Source: Promethearchaeota archaeon
GTDB taxonomy: Archaea; Asgardarchaeota; Lokiarchaeia; Sigyniarchaeales; SOKP01
Assembly: GCA_030599585.1 (NCBI GenBank)
Contig: JAUVNS010000004.1
Location: forward strand, 256,001-320,000
Direction: 5' to 3'
Length of the DNA stretch: 64,000 nucleotides
The notes beneath the pieces were generated by a model. The model made no database searches and was not told where the DNA came from. It saw nothing but the letters and a program-made list of their open reading frames with translations. Shown here piece after piece: positions 9,200 to 19,198 of the stretch (its first letter is position 1; every line of letters starts with the position of its first letter). A program made the translations under genes and the position numbers.

Positions 9200-10024
9200 T
9201 TACTTAGATCTCCATTTCGGTTTAGTTTTCTGCAATCTTGCGAGAGCTCCGGACATTGCATCTTTAGTTTGAAGTAATTGGGAACTAACTAAAGTTTCTA
9301 ATTCAAGCCCAAAAAATACATCTTTCCCATAACAATTGTCAATTAATTTTTTTGCTAAACCTACGGCGAGTGGAGCGCTATCAATAAGTTCGTCAGAATA
9401 CATTTTAATAATTGAATCTAATTCCCCGGGAGTTTTTGCTACTCTATTGACAACCCCAAGCCTGTACGCTTCGTTTCCGTCGAAATTCCTTCCAGTTAAA
9501 ATAATGTCTTTAGCGTTAGGGATTCCACATAGTCTTACTGTTCTTATAGTGCCTCCTACATCTGGATTCATCCCAATCTTTGTTTCTAACATGCTAAAAT
9601 TCGCGGAATCTAAACAGAATCTAAAGTCACAAGCGAGTGCTAGCTCAAAAGCCATTCCAAAACAATAACCGTTAATTTTTGCTATTACTGGTTTTTCCAT
9701 TTTCTCAATTTTAGTAAAAATTGGTTGGATCCAAGTATTAGCGAAATATCTAAAATTGCGGGGTACTCTTAAATCCGGGATTACACCTTCTGGATCTTTT
9801 TCTTGGCCCGTTAAAAAGTTCAAATCGATACCTGCACTAAAAAACTCATCCCCCCCTGTAATAACGACCACCCGAGTTTTAGATCTTTCTATTTTATCTA
9901 TCGCATTCTGAAGTCCTACTAATATATCATAATTCATCGCATTCTTCTTTTCTGGACGGTTCAATTTTATAGTTGTTATACTTCCATCTTCGTTTTCTTC
10001 TATTAAAACTGCTTTTTCATTCAC
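9200..10024 (-). CDS. Enoyl-CoA hydratase/isomerase (crotonase) family protein
   Basis: LNRPEKKNA, FSAGIDL, KPVIAKINGYCFGMAFELALACD, ETKIGMNPDVGG. Confidence 0.92.
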   Translation of the reverse strand: MNEKAVLIEENEDGSITTIKLNRPEKKNAMNYDILVGLQNAIDKIERSKTRVVVITGGDEFFSAGIDLNFLTGQEKDPEGVIPDLRVPRNFRYFANTWIQPIFTKIEKMEKPVIAKINGYCFGMAFELALACDFRFCLDSANFSMLETKIGMNPDVGGTIRTVRLCGIPNAKDIILTGRNFDGNEAYRLGVVNRVAKTPGELDSIIKMYSDELIDSAPLAVGLAKKLIDNCYGKDVFFGLELETLVSSQLLQTKDAMSGALARLQKTKPKWRSK

Positions 10025-10099
10025 AATTTTTCACTTTAATAATTTTAATTAATTCTTATAAACATAATAAAGGTAAAAAAAAAATGTATTAAATTTTTA

Positions 10100-10549
10100 T
10101 TATATTGGCTCGAAATATTCTATGTCTAAAATTCTTTTTCTTGGTTTTTCTTTAAAAACTGCTTTAACCTTCATCCCTATTTTTAGTTTTTCTGGATCGC
10201 TTTCTTTAATGATGTGAACAAAGTCGGTATCTGCACCATCGAGTCTGATAATTCCATAAGCGAACGGTGGTTCTAAAGGCATAACTGGAGTAGAATGAGT
10301 GATTACAGTAAACCCTTTAACAATTCCTTGATTTCCGATCTCAACCCATTCTTCCATTTTTTCAAAACATTCGAAACAAATCATTTTAGGAGGAACATAA
10401 ACTTTTTTGCACTTTGGGCATTTAACGCCGAAAATCTTGTTGTTTTTTCCAATTTCGGTGATAAATTTTTCAACATAAGCTCCAGCGGTGTGTTTATAAG
10501 GAACTTTAATCCGACCTCTAAATACTTTTTTCTCAATTTCTTGGCTCAT
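10100..10549 (-). CDS. DUF35 (Zn-ribbon + OB-fold, ChsH2-like) thiolase/aldolase partner
   Basis: GVKCPKC-x5-PP-x3-CFEC; PFAYGIIRLDGAD; KIGMKVKAVF. Confidence 0.9.
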   Translation of the reverse strand: MSQEIEKKVFRGRIKVPYKHTAGAYVEKFITEIGKNNKIFGVKCPKCKKVYVPPKMICFECFEKMEEWVEIGNQGIVKGFTVITHSTPVMPLEPPFAYGIIRLDGADTDFVHIIKESDPEKLKIGMKVKAVFKEKPRKRILDIEYFEPI

Positions 10550-10566
10550 TTTTTATCCCTCTAAAT

Positions 10567-11055
10567 TTATTTCTCCTCTTTAATAACTTTATAATACATA
10601 ATATCTCCTATATTGCCTTCTCTTTCTTCTTTAAAAACGGCTTCAACGCGTTGTCCAACTTTCAGCTTGGTATGATCTGTTTCATTAATAAAGTGCATTG
10701 TATAAGTATCAGCACCATCCAATTTAAATAACGCATAACCGTAAGGGAATGGACGTAATCCTCCCGTAGCAGGGTCTGTAAATGGATAATTTATGACTGT
10801 GAATCCTTCTAAAGTACCTCTCGGCGATAATTCAACCATATCCTCGACAGTCATTTCAATAAAACATTCAGCACAGACTGCCCTTGGTGGAGAGTGTACT
10901 TTTCCACATTTTGAGCATTTACTCCCCATTATCTTCTTATTATCCTTTAATTCTTCAAAGAATTTTACTGCTAATTTGCCAATCGAATATCTATAAGGTA
11001 AATCCGTTTTCCATTTAATTTCAAATATTTTTTCTTGACCTTTTTTTCTACTCAT
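10567..11055 (-). CDS. DUF35 (Zn-ribbon + OB-fold) protein
   Basis: GSKCSKC-x5-PP-x3-CAEC; KLDGAD; KVGQRVEAVF. Confidence 0.9.
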   Translation of the reverse strand: MSRKKGQEKIFEIKWKTDLPYRYSIGKLAVKFFEELKDNKKIMGSKCSKCGKVHSPPRAVCAECFIEMTVEDMVELSPRGTLEGFTVINYPFTDPATGGLRPFPYGYALFKLDGADTYTMHFINETDHTKLKVGQRVEAVFKEEREGNIGDIMYYKVIKEEK

Positions 11056-11059
11056 AGTA

Positions 11060-12226
11060 TCACCTCATTGGCTCCTTTCCGAGTATTAAAATTTCAGTCC
11101 AAAGACTTCCACCAAAACCCATAGCAAGAGCTTTTTCTACATCGGGTACTTGTCTTTTCTCACCCCTTCCCATTACCTGAATTGCAGCTTCTGCTACTCG
11201 AATCAGTGCTGTAGCTCCAATCGGATTAGTGCTTAATACGCCTCCTGAGGGGTTAACTGGAAACTCTCCACTCATTAATGTTATCCCTTCGTCTAATAAT
11301 TTTCCACCTTCACCAGGTTTGCAAAATCCTAACGCTTCGGTCCATGAAAGTTCGCTCCAAGATGTTGGTTCATAGATTTCTGCTACATCTAAATCCTTTA
11401 CAGGGTTTTTAATGCCTGCTTTTTTATAAGCTTTCTTCGACGCGAAAGTTGCCGATGGAAGATCATACATTTTATCGTCAGTTCCAAAAGTATAGTAATG
11501 GGCCGTTTCTACAGCGTGGAACCAAGCGGGGTTATCGGTTATCTTTTTAGTTTCTTCCTCATTAGCGTAAATAAGAGCACAAGCGCCTTCGCTTTGGGGG
11601 CAAACATCGTGTAATCTTAAAGGGTACGATATCATTTGAGAGCTCATAACATAATCAATTGTAATGTTTGGCATCTGCAGGTGAGCAAATGGATTATTTG
11701 CAGCGTTGCTCCTATTTTTTACTGTAACTTTTGCCGCTTGTTCGGCAGTAATTCCATATTTGGCAGAATACATACCTGCCATAAGGGCTAATGGACCTAG
11801 CGCTCCAGCTAAAGAAGGCCGTTCCCATACTGGATCAAAAGCTGTAATTATACCCGTTGTTGCTCCACCTTCGTTTAATTTTTCCCAACCAATTACTAAA
11901 ACATTGTCATAAATTCCTGAGGCAACATTGTGATAACCACAAATCGCTAATGAACTACCAGTTGTTCCCCCTGTCGCTACTTTTACTATTGGCTTTAAAT
12001 ATCCCGGTGCAGCTTCAATTCCACACATTAATTCTGAAAAATTAATTCCTTCAAAATGGTCCATATTTCCAATAATTAACGCATCAATATCTTTAGGTTC
12101 AAGTTGAGCATCGTCAAGAGCCATCTTAACTGCTTCATATACCATCTCAGGAATATTTACATCTCTTCTCTTGCTTCTAAATTTGGTTTGACCTATACCT
12201 ACAACAGCTACATCGTGTTTAGGCAT
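11060..12226 (-). CDS. Thiolase-fold protein lacking catalytic Cys (Ltp3-like)
   Basis: VAVVGIGQT, KNRSNAANNPFAH, VNPSGG. ATGGTTG where thiolases have the nucleophile Cys, AEIYEP, and SxNPIGA instead of GHP. Confidence 0.85.
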   Translation of the reverse strand: MPKHDVAVVGIGQTKFRSKRRDVNIPEMVYEAVKMALDDAQLEPKDIDALIIGNMDHFEGINFSELMCGIEAAPGYLKPIVKVATGGTTGSSLAICGYHNVASGIYDNVLVIGWEKLNEGGATTGIITAFDPVWERPSLAGALGPLALMAGMYSAKYGITAEQAAKVTVKNRSNAANNPFAHLQMPNITIDYVMSSQMISYPLRLHDVCPQSEGACALIYANEEETKKITDNPAWFHAVETAHYYTFGTDDKMYDLPSATFASKKAYKKAGIKNPVKDLDVAEIYEPTSWSELSWTEALGFCKPGEGGKLLDEGITLMSGEFPVNPSGGVLSTNPIGATALIRVAEAAIQVMGRGEKRQVPDVEKALAMGFGGSLWTEILILGKEPMR

Positions 12227-12228
12227 TA

Positions 12229-13389
12229 TTATTCACCCCCAAAAATTAAAACGCAGTTACCTTGAGAACAAATACCGTTCATACCATAAGCAAGACCAGT
12301 TTTTGCGTTAGAAACTTGTCTTTTATCAGCATTTCCCTGTAATTGTAAAGCAATTTCTGCTACTCTAATTAAACCGTTGGCCATAGTTGGGTTGCTGGAT
12401 AGCACTCCTCCAGAGGGATTTACGGGGATTGAACCATTCATCTCCGTTTCACCGTTTTCGATGAACTTACCACCCTCTCCCTTATCACACAGTCCTAACG
12501 CCTCATAAATCATAAGTTCGTGAACACTAAAACTTTCGCTTATTTCACATACATCTAAATTATCTCGAGGATTGTTTACACCTGCCATTCGATAAGCTTC
12601 CTTAGCTGCTAATTCTAACCCAATTAAATCGGTCATATTTCTATTTCCCAAATAATACGCATCAGTGCAATTTCCATAACCTTTAAACCAAACAGGAGTT
12701 TCTGTCATTTTTTTAGCAACATCTTCTTTTGCTAAAAGCATTGCAACTGCTCCGTCTGAAAATGGAGGAAAATCTAGTTCTTTCAGAGGATAGGCCATCA
12801 TCTTAGAATTGAGCACATCTTTAATTGTAATTTCTTCCCGTAAATGTGCGTAAGGGTTGTTGAGGGCATTTTTTCGATTTTTAACCACAACCTTAGCTGC
12901 TTGTTTTTCAGTCACACCGTATTTATTCATATACATGTTTGCCATTAATCCAGCAGATGAAATTTGATCAAGACCTAAATGTCTTTGATAATATGGATCA
13001 AAGATGGTGTTATTTACCAGGTATTGGCTAACTTCAGAGCACTTACAATGGGAAACCACCATGACTGTATCATAAGATTCTGATAAAATCCTCATTGCAC
13101 CGTACATAAAAGCAAAAGCACCATCCCCAGAAACCCTAGATTCTGCTTTTCTTACCGATCCCACGGCATCTTGTATAGCCATGTTTGCGATGGTTCTCCC
13201 ATCGTTAAAATCATTAGAACTTGTAATTACGCATCCCACATCATCATTTGTAATCCCTAAATTGTTGTGAAGTTTCTTTACAACCTCAAAAACAAGTTCA
13301 GAATAAGTTTGATCTATTTTATCTTCTTCATACTTAGTTTGAGCGACTCCTACAATAGCTACTTTTCCAATCTTTGTCATTTTCACCAA
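12229..13389 (-). CDS. Thiolase-fold protein lacking catalytic Cys (Ltp4-like)
   Basis: VAIVGVAQT, SSNDFNDGR, ESRVSGDGAFA, KNRKNALNNPYAH, VNPSGGVLSSNP. Confidence 0.85.
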   Translation of the reverse strand: MVKMTKIGKVAIVGVAQTKYEEDKIDQTYSELVFEVVKKLHNNLGITNDDVGCVITSSNDFNDGRTIANMAIQDAVGSVRKAESRVSGDGAFAFMYGAMRILSESYDTVMVVSHCKCSEVSQYLVNNTIFDPYYQRHLGLDQISSAGLMANMYMNKYGVTEKQAAKVVVKNRKNALNNPYAHLREEITIKDVLNSKMMAYPLKELDFPPFSDGAVAMLLAKEDVAKKMTETPVWFKGYGNCTDAYYLGNRNMTDLIGLELAAKEAYRMAGVNNPRDNLDVCEISESFSVHELMIYEALGLCDKGEGGKFIENGETEMNGSIPVNPSGGVLSSNPTMANGLIRVAEIALQLQGNADKRQVSNAKTGLAYGMNGICSQGNCVLIFGGE

Positions 13390-13512
13390 AATTAAATTTA
13401 ATTCATTAAATTATTAATTGAGTTAATTTTTACTTTTTAAAATTTAAATATTAGTATATTTAATATCTTAATCAACAAATTATAAAATTAAATCCAAAAA
13501 AAATACAGAGTT

Positions 13513-14421
13513 GTGAAAAAGATGTCAGAATCGAACCCAGAAAATAAATTAGTTATTTCAGCAGCATTAGCTGGTGCAATTACTACTAAAACGAATAATC
13601 CGAATGTTCCCTATACAGCAGAAGAATTTGGAGATGAAGCAAAAAAGTGTTACGATGCGGGTGCTGCTATCGTTCATATCCATGCTCGACACCCTGAGAA
13701 AGGTAACCCTACGCACGATTTAGATTTAATAAAAGCTGTGTTAGTTGATATAAAATCAAAGGCTCCGGATTTAATAATCAATTTAAGTACTGCAATAAGC
13801 TCAATTGCTACTGATAAACAAAGAATCGCACCTGTACAAACCTACAAACCTCCTATAGCTTCATTAAATACTGCGTCGATGAATTTCGCAATTGGTGATT
13901 ATAGAACAGGAAAAGTTGGTATGGGAGCAGGAAATATCTTCGCAAATACCTTTAAAACTATTTCGAAATTTGCGAAAGAGATGAAAAAAGCTGGAACTAA
14001 ACCAGAAATGGAAATTTACGACTTAGGAGGCTTGTATAATATGCTTTTCCTAAATAGACAAGAAGGTGCATTCACCCAACCACTTCACTTCCAGTTTGTT
14101 TGGGGCGTACTCGGAGGTATTCCTTTAACACCACGAAATCTCGCTTTGGTGCTAGAATTAAAGCCGCTAAATGCTACTTGGAGTGTTTGTGGTGTTTCTA
14201 AACAACAATTTCAGGGGGGATTGTGTGCTGCAGCATGGGGTGGACATATTCGTGTTGGTTTAGAAGATAATACTCGGAATGTTTCAGGTGAATTAGCTAA
14301 AGGCAGTTACGAACAAGTAATTTGGGCTAAAAAAGTAGCTGAGGCTGCGGGACGTGAAATTGCCCTAGGCGAAGAAGCAAGAAAAATATTTCATCTAAAA
14401 CAAGAACATGTTATATTATAA
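13513..14421 (+). CDS. BKACE / 3-keto-5-aminohexanoate cleavage enzyme family (DUF849)
   Basis: PYTAEE, AGAAIVHIHAR, KPEMEIYDLG, GGHIRVGLEDN. Confidence 0.9.
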   Translation: MKKMSESNPENKLVISAALAGAITTKTNNPNVPYTAEEFGDEAKKCYDAGAAIVHIHARHPEKGNPTHDLDLIKAVLVDIKSKAPDLIINLSTAISSIATDKQRIAPVQTYKPPIASLNTASMNFAIGDYRTGKVGMGAGNIFANTFKTISKFAKEMKKAGTKPEMEIYDLGGLYNMLFLNRQEGAFTQPLHFQFVWGVLGGIPLTPRNLALVLELKPLNATWSVCGVSKQQFQGGLCAAAWGGHIRVGLEDNTRNVSGELAKGSYEQVIWAKKVAEAAGREIALGEEARKIFHLKQEHVIL

Positions 14422-14515
14422 GGATTAGGTTGAATTTAAACTCAAATTTAATTCTAAACCTATATTAATTTTTTTTTATCGTAATAGAATTAAAAAAATA
14501 AGAAAAAAATTAAAA

Positions 14516-15115
14516 TTAAAAAGTAAAACCTTCTGGTAGTTCTGATTCTGAGGTTCCTTCGACAACAAACCTTAGATCCGTGATTGTATAAGTAGGTGCT
14601 TTGGTGTTAAAAATTGGTACTACTTTTTTATCAAATTCCGGTTCTCCAGCAGCTAAAACACTCATTAATATGGTAACTACACCTTCAAACTCTATATTTA
14701 TGAACTTTATAGGCATTGGAAGGGAATTAAACGCACCAGACCTATGAGTAATAATGTAGGAATGAATTTTTGCAGTAGTTTTTGCTAAATCAGTCATATC
14801 GATAATAGTATTCTTCCTCAAACAATCCGGACAATAGATTCGAAAAGGCTGATAAATTGATCCCTTTACTTCACATTTTTCGTTATCACATCTTGTCGCC
14901 ATTAATTTTCCTTTTCCCAAACCTTCGAAAAAAGGAGCTTCTGCACCGTAAGAATGCATATAAGTCATATCACGAGGGTTGGTTATACCTGCTAATTTCC
15001 CCGTATCTTTGTTAAATATTGGCTGATTCGCCTCTGGAATGTGAAATACTCCTTTTGGTTTATATCTTCCATTAACTACATCTACAAATCCTTTTTCATT
15101 TTCTGTTTTTGGCAT
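14516..15115 (-). CDS. DUF35-like Zn-ribbon/OB-fold protein
   Basis: PFFEGLGKGKLMATRC-x4-C...YCPDC. Directly downstream of a thiolase-fold gene. Confidence 0.75.
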   Translation of the reverse strand: MPKTENEKGFVDVVNGRYKPKGVFHIPEANQPIFNKDTGKLAGITNPRDMTYMHSYGAEAPFFEGLGKGKLMATRCDNEKCEVKGSIYQPFRIYCPDCLRKNTIIDMTDLAKTTAKIHSYIITHRSGAFNSLPMPIKFINIEFEGVVTILMSVLAAGEPEFDKKVVPIFNTKAPTYTITDLRFVVEGTSESELPEGFTF

Positions 15116-15118
15116 CTT

Positions 15119-16540
15119 TTAATCCTCCTTTAGTAGGTTCTTTGGATCCATTAATATTGCGGCTGTGACATGCGAACCGACTCCTGCGTGACTTATTGCT
15201 AAGCCTCGTTTAGCGCCCTTTACTTGCAAACTAGCCCAATCATCTGGTTTTTTACGACCAAATGCGTCCCATTTCTCTTGAGGTTCGTGTATTTCATCCC
15301 AGCGATTCCATATGTGGTACCCAATTTCTGCGATTTGCATTAATCCCGTAGCTCCTACAGCGTGCATACATCCAATTAATCCTCCACTTAAATTACTTGG
15401 TAATTTACCTGGTTTTTTGGTCTGTGGATTGATAAGATACGCATCTCCTGATTCAATGTAATCCCTGCCCTCACCATATGGGCGTAATCCTACATCTTCA
15501 TAAGATTGAATGTCACTAATAGTAAATGCATCATGAAGTTCAATTACATCAAGGTCCTCAATTGGATCTTTAATACCCGCCATTCCATAAGCGTAATATG
15601 CTGCCATTCTAGCTGCTAAAAATCCTGTGAACCCCGGATACCTATCGGATCCTGGGAATCTTTTTGCTAAATCTTTATATGTATCAGGTGTTTCGTTTGG
15701 TAATAGCGGAATTTCCATTTTTCTTCGGTCAGCAACTCTTAAGGTATGACTTCCTGCTGCGATATAAATTCTAAGGGGGTTATCCGTAATTTCATAAGCT
15801 GTTTTTTCATCGCAAACAATACCACATGCAGAACCTACGCTCATCAAACAGCAATCCAATGCCCTAAGTGGATAGGCAACAATAGGCGAATTTTTTACAT
15901 CTTCAATAGTTATCTTCATTGGTGCTTGAGCATGGGGGTTCATACGTGCATATCCCCGATTTTTTACAGCAATTTCTGCCATCGTATCGCGAAATGAATC
16001 TTCTTCCTTTCCAAAGATTTTCCAATACCTTTGAGCCATGACTGCGTAATAGCCTGTGTAAATATGTCCTAGCGGGGTTTCCCAATCTTTATCTGCAGCA
16101 GCAGAAATAAGATGGTTCCCTTCATCTGTGGGTACTTCATCCATTCTCTCCCAGCCTAATGCCAGAGCGCAATCACTATATCCTGACGCAACTGCTTTTA
16201 CGGCTTCCCACATGGTGGATCCTCCAGTAGCTCCGCCTGTTTTTACTCCAATGTTTCCAAGAGGATCTAATCCGAGTCTATCGTGAATTACTGATTCTCC
16301 TAAAAGCTGATCGCCAAAATGATCGGCAAAATGACCGTAATAGCAAGTATGAATGTATTGTTTTAATTCAGAAGGGGTCATATTGACAAAATCAGCAGCA
16401 GCAGTAAGTGCTTGAATGCAAAGCTCTTCAGTTCGAGTTTCTGGAAACGCTCGATCGAACTTAGACATCCCTACTGTAGCTAAATATACTGGTCTCATTA
16501 ATTTGGGAATTTTTAGTTGTTTATCACTAAATTTTATCAT
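15119..16540 (-). CDS. Long thiolase-domain protein (SCP-x-like, nucleophile Cys absent)
   Basis: VKTGGATGG, GWERM, KNRGYARMNPHAQ, IELHDAF, NLSGGL, HAVGATG. Confidence 0.85.
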   Translation of the reverse strand: MIKFSDKQLKIPKLMRPVYLATVGMSKFDRAFPETRTEELCIQALTAAADFVNMTPSELKQYIHTCYYGHFADHFGDQLLGESVIHDRLGLDPLGNIGVKTGGATGGSTMWEAVKAVASGYSDCALALGWERMDEVPTDEGNHLISAAADKDWETPLGHIYTGYYAVMAQRYWKIFGKEEDSFRDTMAEIAVKNRGYARMNPHAQAPMKITIEDVKNSPIVAYPLRALDCCLMSVGSACGIVCDEKTAYEITDNPLRIYIAAGSHTLRVADRRKMEIPLLPNETPDTYKDLAKRFPGSDRYPGFTGFLAARMAAYYAYGMAGIKDPIEDLDVIELHDAFTISDIQSYEDVGLRPYGEGRDYIESGDAYLINPQTKKPGKLPSNLSGGLIGCMHAVGATGLMQIAEIGYHIWNRWDEIHEPQEKWDAFGRKKPDDWASLQVKGAKRGLAISHAGVGSHVTAAILMDPKNLLKED

Positions 16541-16718
16541 TATTTAATCACTCCAATGTTCTATTTCTTGGTTTATTATTTGATTTTAAACTTCTAATAG
16601 ATATGATATCTTAATTTCACTTTGATTAAAAGATTTCTAATTATTCTTGCATCAAAATAATGGGAAAAGATTCCTATTTGGATTATTGAAGATAATTTTA
16701 ATATTTTAGGGAAATAGT

Positions 16719-18062
16719 ATGATAATTATGGATACAAGAATTAGAGAGTTCGAAAAAATCAAAATTCAAAAATATGTTCCAGAATTGGATTTACTAAACA
16801 ATCCCGTCCTTAACGCTCAAGAAAAAGAATTCTTAGCAGAACTATATGAATTTATGGAGAAGGAACTCGATCCTGAATTCATAAAGCTAGAAGATTTGAA
16901 TTATCTCGTAGAAGAACCTACTCAAGACAAAAAGAGAGATATAGTAGTTGACATAATGAAGAAATTATCGGATAAAGGCTATTATTCAACAATACTCAAT
17001 ACCGAAGAATATGAAGTAGGAAGAATTACTAGAAACGCGTTAATAGCTTATGCAATATGCGGTGGTCGATGGAGTGAATACAGCGAGCGATATATCGCTG
17101 GAAATTATAGCGTAGAAATGGGTAGGCTTGCTGGGGGTACGCTTTATTGTAATCCTGTGAATTACGCTTCTGATGATGCACAGAAGGAACAATTTTTGAT
17201 TCCTGTCGCTAGAGATGGTCAAATTGGTGCTTCTGCTATGACTGAATTTAACGCGGGTTCTGACATTTTCAGAATGGAGTTAGCTCTGCAAGAAAGGAAC
17301 GATATGATTGTTGCTAAAGGCAAGAAATTGTTCATTACCAACGGTATGATTGCTGATTTCATTGTATTATATGGAAGGTTAAATAATGGACAATTAGCAG
17401 CAGTTGTTGTAGATACAAAAAATCAACAATTAAAAAACTTTCGAAGTGCTAGGGTTAGAACTTATGGAATGACTGATGCCTTTGTTAGCAGATTAATATT
17501 TGACAGGGTTGAGCTCCCAAAAGAAAGTTTGCTTAAAGGTCATGGTTTAGATATTGCTTTTCACCAATTAACAGAAGAAAGGCTTGTAATAAGTGCTGAA
17601 GCTTTAGGAGACACAATGAAAAAATTGATATATTCTCATGCATATGCCCTCCAACGTCGACAGTTCGAACGTAGATTACACCAATACCAAGTTATTAGAT
17701 TTCCAATCTCCCGTAAGATTCGTGAATTAAATTTATTGATCTCTGCTTTGATCCAATATGTACGACAATTAGATAAACATCCCGAATTAGCGGGTTCAAA
17801 GTTGATGGCAGCTAATACTATGGGTCTGAAAATTAGTACTACAGAATTAGGATTTGAAAGCGCTATTCACTGCTTTAGGACTATGGGCGGTCGAGGATTT
17901 ACTAGACAGTATGCCAATGAAATTGGTCTATTTGACCCCTACTGTATGGTACACGGTGGTGGCAGTAATTATGTCTTAGAGGATAGTGAATCTAGAAGAT
18001 TTTTTAAATATAAACCTCCTCGTAGAGAAATTGAGGATACGGTCACAAAAATAGATTACTAA
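16719..18062 (+). CDS. Divergent acyl-CoA dehydrogenase family protein
   Basis: AMTEFNAGSD, GKKLFITNG, LTEERL, RRQFERRL, MGGRGF. HGGGSN replaces YEGTxE, so the catalytic Glu is probably in the helix-G (LCAD/IVD-type) position. Confidence 0.85.
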   Translation: MIIMDTRIREFEKIKIQKYVPELDLLNNPVLNAQEKEFLAELYEFMEKELDPEFIKLEDLNYLVEEPTQDKKRDIVVDIMKKLSDKGYYSTILNTEEYEVGRITRNALIAYAICGGRWSEYSERYIAGNYSVEMGRLAGGTLYCNPVNYASDDAQKEQFLIPVARDGQIGASAMTEFNAGSDIFRMELALQERNDMIVAKGKKLFITNGMIADFIVLYGRLNNGQLAAVVVDTKNQQLKNFRSARVRTYGMTDAFVSRLIFDRVELPKESLLKGHGLDIAFHQLTEERLVISAEALGDTMKKLIYSHAYALQRRQFERRLHQYQVIRFPISRKIRELNLLISALIQYVRQLDKHPELAGSKLMAANTMGLKISTTELGFESAIHCFRTMGGRGFTRQYANEIGLFDPYCMVHGGGSNYVLEDSESRRFFKYKPPRREIEDTVTKIDY

Positions 18063-18197
18063 GATTATGACTTGTGTATTAACCATACAAAAGAAACCTA
18101 TAGAGCTTGTGTGAAATTTCCTCTAACACAATTTAGTTTTATTATAATTTTGCACCGATATTATTATTAAAACCTTATTCTTTTTTTATGTAGTATA

Positions 18198-19169
18198 ATG
18201 GACTACTCTTATAATTTCGAAACATATGATATTTCTCGCCTTGCAGATCAATATAAAGGCAAAACAATCGAAGGACTCTTTCCAAACCATACAGTTGTAA
18301 GAAATAAAATGGGTCAATTTATGGAAATTGTATGGAATGAAGAAGAATTTCAATGCGATATAAATCTCTCGCTTTCTAAGAGAAAAATTCTTAGAAATTT
18401 AAAGACAATATATTATATTGGTGATAATATTGAACGTCAGCTTAACAGAAAAGGCGTTAAGTCTTTGTACGATTTAAAAATTAACTTAAAATATAACGGC
18501 TCCGCCTATAGACTATTAGAATTGATTAAAAGTAGAAATTATAAGAGTTTATGCAACAATAAAAATATTTACGATTTAGATGTAGCTTTTTGCTTTGATT
18601 TGGAAGAACTATTATTTATTGATATCGAGACGCTAGGATTATATGATAGTCCTATTATCATGATAGGGTTAGGCTATTTTAAAAAAGATAAATTTGAAAT
18701 ACACATTCTATTTGCGAGGGATTTAGAAGAAGAATTTGCTATCTGTGAGCATCTAAAATCAGAACTATTACCAAAATTTACATGTTTTGTAACCTACAAC
18801 GGTAAAAGTTTTGATATTCCCTACATAGCTAATAGGTTCATGTATTTCTTTGACGAGAATCCTATGATAGCCGAAGAGGATATCCCTTATGAGAGGTCTA
18901 ATACCCAATTCCATCACATAGATTTATATCATAATTGTCGAAGAAAGTATAAAGGTAGCTTTGAAAATTATACACTAACAGATATGGAAGAAAAATTGCT
19001 GGGCTTAAAAAGAGATAATGAAATGCCAAGTGGGATTGTTGGATTGTGTTATAAAAAGTATTTAAATGCTCCTTTAAGATATGTTGGATTAGTAAAAGAA
19101 GTAATCGATCATAACTACTGGGATATCTTCTCTATGCCTTTAATTCTTCAAAAATTATTAGAAGATTAA
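18198..19169 (+). CDS. YprB-like RNase H-fold (DEDD-type) exonuclease domain protein
   Basis: FIDIETLGL, VTYNGKSFDIPY, HIDL, HNYWDI. Confidence 0.85.
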   Translation: MDYSYNFETYDISRLADQYKGKTIEGLFPNHTVVRNKMGQFMEIVWNEEEFQCDINLSLSKRKILRNLKTIYYIGDNIERQLNRKGVKSLYDLKINLKYNGSAYRLLELIKSRNYKSLCNNKNIYDLDVAFCFDLEELLFIDIETLGLYDSPIIMIGLGYFKKDKFEIHILFARDLEEEFAICEHLKSELLPKFTCFVTYNGKSFDIPYIANRFMYFFDENPMIAEEDIPYERSNTQFHHIDLYHNCRRKYKGSFENYTLTDMEEKLLGLKRDNEMPSGIVGLCYKKYLNAPLRYVGLVKEVIDHNYWDIFSMPLILQKLLED

Positions 19170-19198
19170 TTTTTTATATTTGTAGAAATTGATTTTTA

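Noticed and set aside
18063-18135. ATGA...AA...GA element with short stems after the ACAD stop, reminiscent of a eukaryote-like SECIS as known in Lokiarchaeota
   Set aside because: The stem is too short and imperfect, and no neighbouring gene has an in-frame TGA needing recoding.
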